In this document: in pieces, positions 1-8,576 of the stretch
Position numbering within the stretch: position 1 is the stretch's first letter
How the letters are laid out: every line of letters begins with the position of its first letter
Assembly: GCA_031411055.1 (NCBI GenBank)
Contig: JANOAI010000229.1
Location: 2,271-66,270, forward strand
Direction of reading: 5' to 3'
Origin: Pirellulaceae bacterium
GTDB taxonomy: Bacteria > Planctomycetota > Planctomycetia > Pirellulales > Pirellulaceae
DNA: 64,000 bases
Made by a program: the position numbers and the translations under genes
The notes under the pieces: generated by a model
The model's database searches: none
The model's input: the letters and a program-made list of their open reading frames with translations, nothing else
Told to the model about the DNA's origin: nothing

Positions 1-271
1 CTGGCGGTAACCCCATAATTTCGACACGATAGTCACCGGCAGCTAAACCTTGAGCCGAGTCGAATGCATAGCGACCGTCGGTAATGACAACTGAGCATTT
101 TTTACCAGGCGTGCCGTTGCAAGGTACAAAGGTGATCAGTCCTTCCGGGAGCGGCGTTTTTGCAACGGTGACAGATCCGTGAGCTGCGACGTTCTGAATG
201 GTTTGCGTCGAGCAACCTAGCGTTGGGGTCAAGCAAAGTATCGCGCAGATCAAATACCGCGAATGAATCAT
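1..271 (-). CDS. small lipoprotein, carboxypeptidase-regulatory-like domain (partial; C-terminus lies beyond the window start)
   Basis: Not in the ORF track because it runs off the edge. My reverse-complement translation from ATG 271..269 gives MIHSRYLICAILCLTPTLGCSTQTIQNVAAHGSVTVAKTPLPEGLITFVPCNGTPGKKCSVVITDGRYAFDSAQGLAAGDYRVEIMGLPP. It has a lipobox (L-G-C) and starts 2 nt after the DUF1559 stop (TGA-AG-ATG). A small lipoprotein downstream of a DUF1559 gene is a recurrent planctomycete arrangement. Confidence 0.6.
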   Translation of the reverse strand, partial: MIHSRYLICAILCLTPTLGCSTQTIQNVAAHGSVTVAKTPLPEGLITFVPCNGTPGKKCSVVITDGRYAFDSAQGLAAGDYRVEIMGLPP

Positions 272-273
272 CT

Positions 274-1131
274 TCAATTCCCCATGGCAAGTACTTGGCC
301 GTCATCGCGCGCGGCTAGTTGGTCCAATACGCTAGCATCGGTGTTCTCCGATACGCTATCGACGGATCCATCCGACATAACGAAATAGACAACGCCAGGA
401 TGTGGTCCGCGAAAGGTTTCCCAAGATCGAAAATCGAACTTGCCTTGTTTGGCATTGAAAGTGCCTGCCATCGAAGCTGCCGAATGATATGGATAGCCAT
501 CGGCCCATTGGGTGAAGCCTCCGTTCGGCAGGAGATCCTTAATTCCAAAACCGAGTTCACCAGCTAAAATCGTATTGGACGACCCGTCGAGTACGGTGAG
601 ATCGCTGATCGAGATGCGTGTTTGCTCTTCACCGCGTTCCCAGTAGAGTTGATTCATCCAATCAACCATGGCTCCATTGTTAATCGACTTGCGGTAGTAC
701 TCACTACCCGTTGAAAAAGCGTAGCTGGAGTAACCATTGGGTTCGCCTTGTGAATCAGGGCGAACCATCGATGGGCATTTCCAGACAGCGGGTGTCTGTT
801 TCTTCAAATCAATATTGGGTGCTACATCGAGTCGCTTCGTAAAGTCCCATTCGTTGAACAGAGACGATTGTTCGACATACGGCAAGATGCTTACCCAGCC
901 GCTTGCACCCGATGGAAGAATCGTTGGCGGGAGTGTTCCATAGGTTAAGTCGTACGAATGCAAAGCCACTCCAACTTGGCGAAGATGGCTACTGCACGTC
1001 ATTTGACGAGCTGCTTCGCGGGCTTGTTGCACAGCTGGCAAGAGTAATCCCGCCAATACGCCGATGATGGAGATCACCACAAGCAATTCGACTAACGTAA
1101 AGGCCATTCTTCGTACGTGCGGATTGACCAT
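274..1131 (-). CDS. DUF1559 family protein with prepilin-type N-terminal cleavage/methylation domain (H-X9-DG protein)
   Basis: 285-aa ORF. The N-terminus is [46 protein letters not shown]. The C-terminus [14 protein letters not shown] fits H-X9-DG. The true start may be the second Met. Confidence 0.85.
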   Translation of the reverse strand: MVNPHVRRMAFTLVELLVVISIIGVLAGLLLPAVQQAREAARQMTCSSHLRQVGVALHSYDLTYGTLPPTILPSGASGWVSILPYVEQSSLFNEWDFTKRLDVAPNIDLKKQTPAVWKCPSMVRPDSQGEPNGYSSYAFSTGSEYYRKSINNGAMVDWMNQLYWERGEEQTRISISDLTVLDGSSNTILAGELGFGIKDLLPNGGFTQWADGYPYHSAASMAGTFNAKQGKFDFRSWETFRGPHPGVVYFVMSDGSVDSVSENTDASVLDQLAARDDGQVLAMGN

Positions 1132-1224
1132 ATTTTTTTGCGACAGTCCAATTAGGAAGGATCAAAATTCGTTGTCGCGATGAAACCGAACCATCGTTGA
1201 CAGAGTTTGATGGGGCGATGGCGA

Positions 1225-2112
1225 TTAGAGAGAGGCTGCCGGGCGACGACGTTGCAAACAAAACATCAACGCGGCGGCCATTAACCCGAAAGCTCCGGGC
1301 TCCGGCACACTCACAGCTGGATTAAAAAAAGTATCGATCGCAACGCGGTCAAGGCTCATCGATGAACCGCTCGAAGTAAAGTCAATCGTGTAGAGATCGG
1401 CGTTACCTGCCGCTTGAAACCGAACGAGATAGTCGTTGTAGGCAAGTGTTCCGCCTGGGCCGCCGTTGATGGTTACCGAACCAATGTTCGTCGGTGGTGA
1501 AGAGGGACCAAGTTGCAGTCCGCTGACCGGATCCGTCAGTAGAAAACTGCTCAGATTTGGAATGGTACCAATCGTTCGAAGTTGAAGGACGATCGACGTG
1601 AGGCCATTCAACTGATTTCCTGGTGTTCCGTTGATGTTGTTGGGAATCGTGATTCGAGGAAAAATGCTCAGCGTTGGGGAATAGATGTTGCCACCGGAAG
1701 TTAGAAAGACGTTGGCTGGATCGACCGATTCAAAAACGTTCGCCAAGCCCGCCGAATTCACCGGATTCCATGTTGTTCCCGTTGGTCCGCCAAAGCCTTT
1801 GTTTGCATTGGCAGCACCAATCGACATTCCATTCACGGGTGTATCGATTCCTTGAACCGATTGAGGGGCGTTGGGACCCGTTGTGGAAGCGAAGCTTTCC
1901 CAAGCTTGAAACGTTGCGTTGCCCCCCGGAGCTGTTGGACGGTCCCACGCGTAACCATTGGTTGTGTTGACGAGCACAAAGTCAGCCATCGCGGCTGATT
2001 CCCAGCGACTGCAAACCAGCGAATTCCAAAGAAAGCCGGTACCCAAAACCAATACGCGAGACAAAAACGAGCGATAACTCTTCAAGGTAAATTCTCCAGC
2101 CAATGCGATCAC
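1225..2112 (-). CDS. PEP-CTERM sorting-domain secreted protein
   Basis: 295-aa ORF. The C-terminus VSVPEPGAFGLMAAALMFCLQRRRPAASL shows a PEP motif, a TM helix and an Arg cluster. The N-terminus is hydrophobic and signal-like, and the body is Gly/Asn/Thr-rich. Confidence 0.75.
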   Translation of the reverse strand: MIALAGEFTLKSYRSFLSRVLVLGTGFLWNSLVCSRWESAAMADFVLVNTTNGYAWDRPTAPGGNATFQAWESFASTTGPNAPQSVQGIDTPVNGMSIGAANANKGFGGPTGTTWNPVNSAGLANVFESVDPANVFLTSGGNIYSPTLSIFPRITIPNNINGTPGNQLNGLTSIVLQLRTIGTIPNLSSFLLTDPVSGLQLGPSSPPTNIGSVTINGGPGGTLAYNDYLVRFQAAGNADLYTIDFTSSGSSMSLDRVAIDTFFNPAVSVPEPGAFGLMAAALMFCLQRRRPAASL

Positions 2113-2312
2113 GAACTGTGATCTGAGGAACAGGCATTTGGCTGGCTGCCATAAACCCCAACAAATTCGGGGTAAATCGGTCGCTGGCTATCTATTAATG
2201 TAATTGAGACTTAGTATCATATTGTTCAAGCTTGCAGAGTCAAGAGCTGAAGAACATTTTCGTTGGATCGGGAAAGATGCGTTGGAAAGCGCATGTTGGT
2301 AGTAACTTTTCG

Positions 2313-2504
2313 ATGACAGAAGAATCGCCAAAGCATTGTGAAACCTTCGTCCGACTGCAAAAGCAGGGCGTCGCGATCGATCCCCCATTGAGGATCGAGT
2401 TCAGCACCCTGGCACAGGGTAAAACGAGCGTGTTAATCATGCTCGATGGCGAAACCTATCGTCTTCAGCTAACGAAAAATCAAAAGCTGATTCTTACGAA
2501 GTAG
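2313..2504 (+). CDS. hemin uptake protein HemP-like small protein
   Basis: The C-terminus SVLIMLDGETYRLQLTKNQKLILTK matches the HemP signature (..H.G..Y.LR.T..GKLILTK). The ORF track gives 2232..2504. An internal ATG at 2313 gives the typical length of about 63 aa. Confidence 0.6.
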   Translation: MTEESPKHCETFVRLQKQGVAIDPPLRIEFSTLAQGKTSVLIMLDGETYRLQLTKNQKLILTK

Positions 2505-2610
2505 CTATCTAGAAACGGCACATGTTGGCTTAAATTAGTAGGGCACCGTATATCCGTTTTCTCGGATCGCAGTTCTGTAGATTGCGTGATTTTATTCGAC
2601 TGGGCCAGTA

Positions 2611-3255
2611 TTGGAAAAAGTCAAAGACGTGAGTTTTGAACCGTTTTTTGAAAATCTGATTGAGCTGTTTAAAGCGAGACGAGACATTCGAAGTTTTGAT
2701 TCGAAAGCGATACCACAGACAATTCTCACGAAGTTGATCGAATCAGCATGCTTGGCACCTTCAGTCGGACTTTCTGAGCCCTGGCGATTTGCGTTTGTCA
2801 AATCAACAGAAAAGCGTTTAGCGGTAGCTAAGGAATTTGAATCGCAAAACCTGATTGCGGCCGAAGACTACGCACCTTACGCCAAGAAGGAATACTTACG
2901 GCTCAAGTTAGCTGGACTGCGCGAGGCGCCGGTTCATCTCGCTATTTTTTGCGATGATGCGACCCAGCAAGGCCGGGGACTGGGTCGAAAGACCATGCCT
3001 GAGTCTCTTGAGTATTCGGTTGTCGCGGCGATTCAAAATTTTTGGCTGGCCGCGCGATGTCTGGGCATTGGGGTGGGCTGGGTCTCGATCATTGACCCGG
3101 ATGTTATCCATAAAATTCTTGATACAAATTCAGAATGGAGGCTCATTGCGTATCTCTGCGTGGGTTACCCGAGTCAATGGTCCGATGTTCCAGAGCTCGA
3201 AAGACTTGGATGGGAAAGTCGATCTAGCTTAGACAACATTTATTTCATTCACTGA
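2611..3255 (+). CDS. bluB: 5,6-dimethylbenzimidazole synthase (nitroreductase family, BluB-like)
   Basis: 214 aa with a TTG start. The motifs KARRDIRSFDSKAIP, ACLAPSVGLSEPWRF and GIGVGWVSI are typical of the BluB/nitroreductase fold. Confidence 0.7.
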   Translation: MEKVKDVSFEPFFENLIELFKARRDIRSFDSKAIPQTILTKLIESACLAPSVGLSEPWRFAFVKSTEKRLAVAKEFESQNLIAAEDYAPYAKKEYLRLKLAGLREAPVHLAIFCDDATQQGRGLGRKTMPESLEYSVVAAIQNFWLAARCLGIGVGWVSIIDPDVIHKILDTNSEWRLIAYLCVGYPSQWSDVPELERLGWESRSSLDNIYFIH

Positions 3256-3268
3256 CTTAAAATTCGGA

Positions 3269-4939
3269 CTAACGCGCTAACTCGGTAAAGCGTGATTCGC
3301 GGACGACGGTGACTTTGATTTCGCCCGGATAGGTTAGCTGTTGCTCAAAGGCTTGGGCAATGTCGCGGCAGATTTTAGCGGCCGCTGCGTCATCGGTGTC
3401 TTTGGAGCTCGCGATGACTCGCAATTCGCGACCAGCTTGAATGGCGAAGGCTTGTTCAACGCCAGGGAATGCACGAGCAATCGTTTCGAGCTCTTCCATC
3501 CGCTTGATGTATCGTTCGAGCGATTCACGGCGTGCGCCGGGACGCGATGCACTACAGGCATCGGCGGTTGCAACGAGCAGAGTATAGGGGAACTCCGTAG
3601 TTAACTGGTCATGATGCCCCAGTGCTGCATGAACCACCGACTCGTTTTCGCCACTTCGCTTTAAGATGTCAGCCCCAATCTTGGGATGGCCACCTTCCAA
3701 TTCATGATCGGCGGCTTTTCCAATATCGTGAAGCAATCCGCATCGCCGAGCCAGGTTAGGGTTGAGTCCGATCATTTCGGCCATCATTCCTGACAGAAAT
3801 GCAACTTCAATACTGTGCCGCAACACGTTTTGCGAATAGCTAGTTCGGAAGTGCAAGCGACCAAGCATTTCTATGACGCGTGGGTGCAGGTTGCCAAGGT
3901 TAACTTCGCTGGCTGCCTCGTCACCTTTACGCGTGATCAATTGCGTTATTTCTTTTTCGGTAGCCGCGACAATTTCCTCGATTTTCGTCGGATGAATCCG
4001 GCCATCGGTGATCAGTTTCACGAGTGACAATCGAGCGACTTCTCGACGAACAGGATCAAAACCGCTGACGATGATCACGCCCGGTGTATCGTCGATAATT
4101 ACGTCGATGCCGGTCGCTTTTTCAAAGGCACGGATGTTCCGGCCTTCACGACCGATGATGCGTCCTTTGATATCATCATTTGGAATGTCGACCGTGCTGG
4201 TTGTTGATTCGGAGGTTTGCGTCGACGCGTACCGCTGCATGGCAGTCAACAGAATATCACGGGCTTTTTGGTCTACGGTTTCGGAGATCCGCTTCTCGTG
4301 TTTAATGATGATGTTGCCGACCTCACCTTGAAGTTCGTTTTCAAGGTTGCGCATTAGCTTGGCCGAGGCTTCCTCTTTGGAGAGTCCGGTTATCCGTTGA
4401 AGTTCGGAGGTTTGTTGTTGGACCAATCGGCCGTGCTCTTCGTTGCGTCGGTTAGCTTCTTCGAGTCGCTCCGCTAGTTTGCGTTGATTATTCTCGACCA
4501 ACTTTTCTTGTTTCCGAAGGTCAGAGGTATTTTGTTGAAGCGTTTCATCGCGGCGATCGATGGCTTGCTCTCGTTTGCGGAGTTCCTCCCTTTGCTTTTG
4601 CAATTCGGCGTCGAAGTTTGACTGGAGTTGAAGGAGTTTTTCCTTCTTTTCGAGCTCACCTTGTTTGACAAGGTTTTCCGAGTCGAGTTTAGCTTGATCG
4701 AGCAGTCGCTTGGCTTGCGACTTTACATCGCGGCCCATGAGGAACTCGATGAGCCACACCAGAGCCCCGCCGATGGCTAAGGCAATGACGACCGATAGCC
4801 ATGGGAATTCGGCTTTATCGGCGACATCTGCTACTGCGAGGGGCCAACTAGCCAGCGGAGAAACAAGTCGGTCTGCGAAGGTTTCTGCAAAGGTCAATGA
4901 AGAGGATATGGGCAGCACGGGGCAAGTCCTTAAGGTCAT
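3269..4939 (-). CDS. rny: ribonuclease Y
   Basis: 556 aa. It has an N-terminal TM helix, a long coiled-coil ([10 protein letters not shown]...), a KH domain ([26 protein letters not shown]) and an HD domain ([12 protein letters not shown]). Confidence 0.9.
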   Translation of the reverse strand: MTLRTCPVLPISSSLTFAETFADRLVSPLASWPLAVADVADKAEFPWLSVVIALAIGGALVWLIEFLMGRDVKSQAKRLLDQAKLDSENLVKQGELEKKEKLLQLQSNFDAELQKQREELRKREQAIDRRDETLQQNTSDLRKQEKLVENNQRKLAERLEEANRRNEEHGRLVQQQTSELQRITGLSKEEASAKLMRNLENELQGEVGNIIIKHEKRISETVDQKARDILLTAMQRYASTQTSESTTSTVDIPNDDIKGRIIGREGRNIRAFEKATGIDVIIDDTPGVIIVSGFDPVRREVARLSLVKLITDGRIHPTKIEEIVAATEKEITQLITRKGDEAASEVNLGNLHPRVIEMLGRLHFRTSYSQNVLRHSIEVAFLSGMMAEMIGLNPNLARRCGLLHDIGKAADHELEGGHPKIGADILKRSGENESVVHAALGHHDQLTTEFPYTLLVATADACSASRPGARRESLERYIKRMEELETIARAFPGVEQAFAIQAGRELRVIASSKDTDDAAAAKICRDIAQAFEQQLTYPGEIKVTVVRESRFTELAR

Positions 4940-5389
4940 GCACGGCGGCTTGAGGGCTACGTTCCATAGATCTTAACGCGTTGCTCTTCACAAACGATTC
5001 GGTATGACTCCCATTGGTTGTTTTGATCGCCGAATCCGATTGGCTTCGAAGACCAAACGGAGTCTCGCGGTTGTCATTGGTCGCATGGGAGTCTTTGTCG
5101 TTAGCCGACAATGAATGCATGTCCGGCATCGGAAAAGCGATGACGCCCCAAACGCTCAACAACAGGATGATAAAGAGGAAAATCATTGGTCGAAATCGGT
5201 GAAGAGAGTGGTCTTACGACCGCAACGCGAATCAAATCCGTCCTAAAGGATGGAACTGCAATCACACAAGATGACGGGCAGGTAATGAATTCAATTCACG
5301 AGTCGGCTATAGTATCAGATTAAGAGGGGAACCCGCAACTAACCCGCCGCAGATCCTTGGGGCCTAACCCGCAAAGTCGCAGTCTTTTT

Positions 5390-6814
5390 ATGAAAAATCG
5401 AATTTGGATTGGTGTTTTCCTTGTAGCATTCGTCGCTTTGGCCAGGGGTGGCGGTTTGTCTTGGGCCGACGATCGCCCGAACCTGATTTGGATATTGGCG
5501 GACGACCTGGGCTATGGTGATTTAGGGGTCTACGGTCAAAAGGTGATCAAGACGCCTCATATTGATCGAATGGCTGCCGAAGGGATGAAGTTTACCCAGT
5601 TCTATGCTGGAGCCACCGTTTGTGCTCCGTCACGTAGCGTCCTGATGACTGGAATGCATCATGGACACACTCGCGTTCGTGGAAACGGGGGAGGCTCCAA
5701 GCAGGCTCTCCAACCTGGCGATACGACGGTTGCTAAAGTTCTGCAACAAGCCGGTTATCGTACTGCCCTCATCGGAAAATGGGGACTTGGCGAAGAAGGA
5801 GAAGCTGCCACAGGACTTCCTCGTAAACAAGGCTTCGACCAGTTCTTCGGGTTTTTGAATCAACATCATGCTCATAATCATTTTCCCGATCACCTGTGGA
5901 GAAACGAATCGAAGGAGTTGCTTCCCAACGACTTGGTTCCGCTTGGCGAGGATGGTGGCGGATACTCGAAAAATCCGAAGGTCTATGCCGACGATCTTAT
6001 CGCGGATGAGTCGATCAAGTTCGTAACCGAAAATCGCGAGCGACCTTTCTTCTTGTATTGGAGCATGGTTGTTCCGCATGCGAACAACGAGCGGACAAAA
6101 GAACTTGGCGATGGAACCGAGGTTCCGGACTTAGGAGAATATGCAAAGGAGGATTGGCCGGCTCAAGACAAAGGTCAAGCAGCCATGATCACGCGTATGG
6201 ATAGCTATGTTGGTCGCATGATGCAGCACTTGAAGGATACGGGGCTTGCCAAGAAGACGTTGGTCATCTTTACAAGCGACAACGGACCGCATAACGAAAG
6301 CAAACATGACTTAACGCGTTTCCACCCTTCCGGACCGTTCACTGGTATTAAGAGAAGTCTTACCGATGGAGGGATCCGCGTGCCATTTATTGCGTGGTGG
6401 CCAGGAACAGTACAACCGGGGATCACCTCCAAGCATGTGGCCTACTTTGGTGATTGGATGGCGACGGCCAGTGAGCTCGCCAAGGCGACTTCGCCAACGG
6501 ATATCGACTCAATCAGTATGGTGCCGACCCTTACCGGCCAATCCGATTCACAGAAATCACACGCGTTTCTCTATTGGGAATTTCACGAAGGTGGATTCAA
6601 ACAAGCGGCACTTTATCAAGGACGATGGAAGGGGATTCGTACCGGAAGTCCAGATGCCAAGATCGCTTTGTATGATCAACAGAATGATGTGAGCGAGTCG
6701 GACAATGTTCGAGAAAAGCATCCGGAGATTGCGGCTAAGATCGAAGCTTATCTCTCTCAGGCCCGCTCGCCTTCTGCGAACTGGGAACCGATTTGGAAGG
6801 CCTCGAAGAAGTAG
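5390..6814 (+). CDS. sulfatase (arylsulfatase/N-acetylgalactosamine-6-sulfatase-like)
   Basis: It carries the sulfatase signature CAPSRSVLMTGMH (C-x-P-x-R), NLIWILADDLGYGD, and a signal peptide MKNRIWIGVFLVAFVALA. The ORF track starts at TTG 5357. I prefer ATG 5390, directly before the signal peptide. Confidence 0.85.
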   Translation: MKNRIWIGVFLVAFVALARGGGLSWADDRPNLIWILADDLGYGDLGVYGQKVIKTPHIDRMAAEGMKFTQFYAGATVCAPSRSVLMTGMHHGHTRVRGNGGGSKQALQPGDTTVAKVLQQAGYRTALIGKWGLGEEGEAATGLPRKQGFDQFFGFLNQHHAHNHFPDHLWRNESKELLPNDLVPLGEDGGGYSKNPKVYADDLIADESIKFVTENRERPFFLYWSMVVPHANNERTKELGDGTEVPDLGEYAKEDWPAQDKGQAAMITRMDSYVGRMMQHLKDTGLAKKTLVIFTSDNGPHNESKHDLTRFHPSGPFTGIKRSLTDGGIRVPFIAWWPGTVQPGITSKHVAYFGDWMATASELAKATSPTDIDSISMVPTLTGQSDSQKSHAFLYWEFHEGGFKQAALYQGRWKGIRTGSPDAKIALYDQQNDVSESDNVREKHPEIAAKIEAYLSQARSPSANWEPIWKASKK

Positions 6815-6871
6815 TATCAGGACATTTGTTCAATCCGTTTTGAAGAGCATCCAAATGAGGAGTACACGCCA

Positions 6872-7540
6872 ATCGCTGATTTAGTTGTTTCGAATCTCAG
6901 TAAGTCTTACCCAACACCTGACGGGGAGCTGAAAATATTTCAGGATTTGAGTTTTCAACTCAATCGCGGCCAGAGCCTTGCCGTGACGGGGCCAAGCGGG
7001 ACGGGCAAGTCGACGTTGTTGCATATCTTGGGAACGCTCGACCGACCGACTTCGGGACGTTTCGAGCTTTTGGGCGAGAATCCTCATCAGCTCAGCGAAA
7101 ACGGCCAAGCCGTCTTTCGGCAAAAGCATATCGGATTTATTTTTCAGGATCATCAACTCCTCCCGCAGCTCACCGTTCTCGAAAACGTTCTCATTCCTGC
7201 CCTCGCCACGGGGAGCGTTTCCGCCGAGCATAAAGCGAGGGGGGGACAACTTATCGAATCAGTTGGTCTTGGACATCGAGTCAGCCATTTGCCCAGCGAA
7301 TTAAGCGGTGGTGAGCGAGCACGGGCGGCCGTAGCGAGATCGCTGCTCTTGCGGCCGACGCTTGTTTTGGCCGATGAACCGACAGGCAATCTTGATCCGG
7401 CAAACGCGAAAAAGATTGGTAGCTTGTTATTGGAACTTCAAAAACAGGAAAACACATTACTGATTGTCGTCACCCATTCGATGGAGTTGGCGGATACGAT
7501 GCAACAACGTCTAGCTCTCGGAGTAACCACGAATGCTTAA
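6872..7540 (+). CDS. ABC transporter ATP-binding protein (LolD/MacB/FtsE-like), start codon non-canonical or uncertain
   Basis: Walker A GPSGTGKSTLL, signature LSGGERARAAVARSL, Walker B LVLADEPTGNLD. The track ORF (6947, TTG) cuts off the conserved first strand LVVSNLSKSYPTPDGELKIFQD, which is encoded in frame upstream. There is no ATG/GTG/TTG between the in-frame stop at 6812 and 6947. ATC at 6872 lies 9 nt after GAGGAG (6857-6862). Confidence 0.75.
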   Translation: MADLVVSNLSKSYPTPDGELKIFQDLSFQLNRGQSLAVTGPSGTGKSTLLHILGTLDRPTSGRFELLGENPHQLSENGQAVFRQKHIGFIFQDHQLLPQLTVLENVLIPALATGSVSAEHKARGGQLIESVGLGHRVSHLPSELSGGERARAAVARSLLLRPTLVLADEPTGNLDPANAKKIGSLLLELQKQENTLLIVVTHSMELADTMQQRLALGVTTNA

Positions 7541-8576
7541 ATCTCTTTGTACTTCCTTTCTTGTCTTATTCGTTTTCGTTAATGCAACCCAAGCGACCGA
7601 TCGGTTGGTTTTCGAGCCACCATCCGGTCGACCGATCCATGGCAAACACATTGTGCTCGTTGCTGGCGACGAAGAATATCGAACCGAAGAGTCGATGCCG
7701 ATGCTCGGCAAGATTTTATCGCAACGACATGGCTTCCAATGCACTGTGTTGTTTTCGATGGGACCGGACAATGCAGACTATATTGATCCGAATAACTCAA
7801 AAGGGGTGACCGGTTTTGATGCGTTGAAGACAGCGGATTTGATGATCATTGGGACTCGATTCCGAGATCCAGATGAAACTCAGGCGAAATATATCGGAGA
7901 GTATCTTCAGGCTGGCAAACCTGTTCTTGGATTTCGTACTTCAACCCATGCGTTCAAGGGAAAGGGGAACTTTGGTGGCATCCCGTACGACGACTTTGGA
8001 TTAAAAATCCTTGGTGAGACGTGGGTTAGTCATCACGGTAAGCACAAAGTCGAAGGAGGAAGAAGCGTTGTCGATGCAGGCGCCGAAGCAAATCCGATTC
8101 TTCGAGGGGTCGGCGAAATTTTCACCCCCTCCGATATCTATGGCGTTATCCATTTGAGCGAAGCAGATACGGTGCTTTTGCGAGGCGCAGTCACCGAAAC
8201 TCTGGATCCTCAATCACCCAATGTCATCGGAGCAAAAAATGAAGTGCTCCAACCGATGGCTTGGCTCCGCCGTTATCCTCGACCTGGTGCTGATGGAAAC
8301 GGCAAGTCATTTTGTACCACCGCCGGAGCATCACTCGATTTTGTCGACGAAGATTTACGTCGCTTAGTCGTGAACGCCGCCTATCACCTCGTAGGTTTAG
8401 AGGTTCCTGAAAAGGCCGACGTAAGTTATGTCGATCCCTTCAAACCTAGTTTTTATGGCTTTATCAAAGAAGCCAACTATTGGAAGAACGCCAATCGTAA
8501 ACCAGCCGACTTCGATTTAGGTAAATCCGTTCAGCAACCCGACCCGCCGAATTCTCCGGCTTGGTCGTTTCGTTAA
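7533..8576 (+). CDS. secreted ThuA-like (type 1 glutamine amidotransferase-like) domain protein
   Basis: 347 aa with signal peptide MLKSLCTSFLVLFVFVNATQA. The core is HIVLVAGDEEYRTEESMPMLGKIL...ADLMIIGTRFR...GKPVLGFRTSTHAF. The ATG overlaps the ABC ATPase stop by 8 nt. Confidence 0.5.
   Translation: MLKSLCTSFLVLFVFVNATQATDRLVFEPPSGRPIHGKHIVLVAGDEEYRTEESMPMLGKILSQRHGFQCTVLFSMGPDNADYIDPNNSKGVTGFDALKTADLMIIGTRFRDPDETQAKYIGEYLQAGKPVLGFRTSTHAFKGKGNFGGIPYDDFGLKILGETWVSHHGKHKVEGGRSVVDAGAEANPILRGVGEIFTPSDIYGVIHLSEADTVLLRGAVTETLDPQSPNVIGAKNEVLQPMAWLRRYPRPGADGNGKSFCTTAGASLDFVDEDLRRLVVNAAYHLVGLEVPEKADVSYVDPFKPSFYGFIKEANYWKNANRKPADFDLGKSVQQPDPPNSPAWSFR

Noticed and set aside
2189-2226. Fur box upstream of the HemP-like gene, in the AT-rich stretch ctatctattaatgtaattgagacttagtatcatattg.
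   Set aside because: My best hand alignment to GATAATGATAATCATTATC matches only about 8 of 15 positions, which is too weak to call.
4848-5186. 112-aa ORF with a hydrophobic N-terminus upstream of rny.
   Set aside because: It overlaps the rny 5' end in another frame, has no recognisable motif and has low-complexity composition. It cannot be supported from the sequence alone.
6855-6884. ATG at 6855 as the start of the ABC ATPase.
   Set aside because: It is in a different frame and hits a stop (TAG at 6882) after 9 codons.
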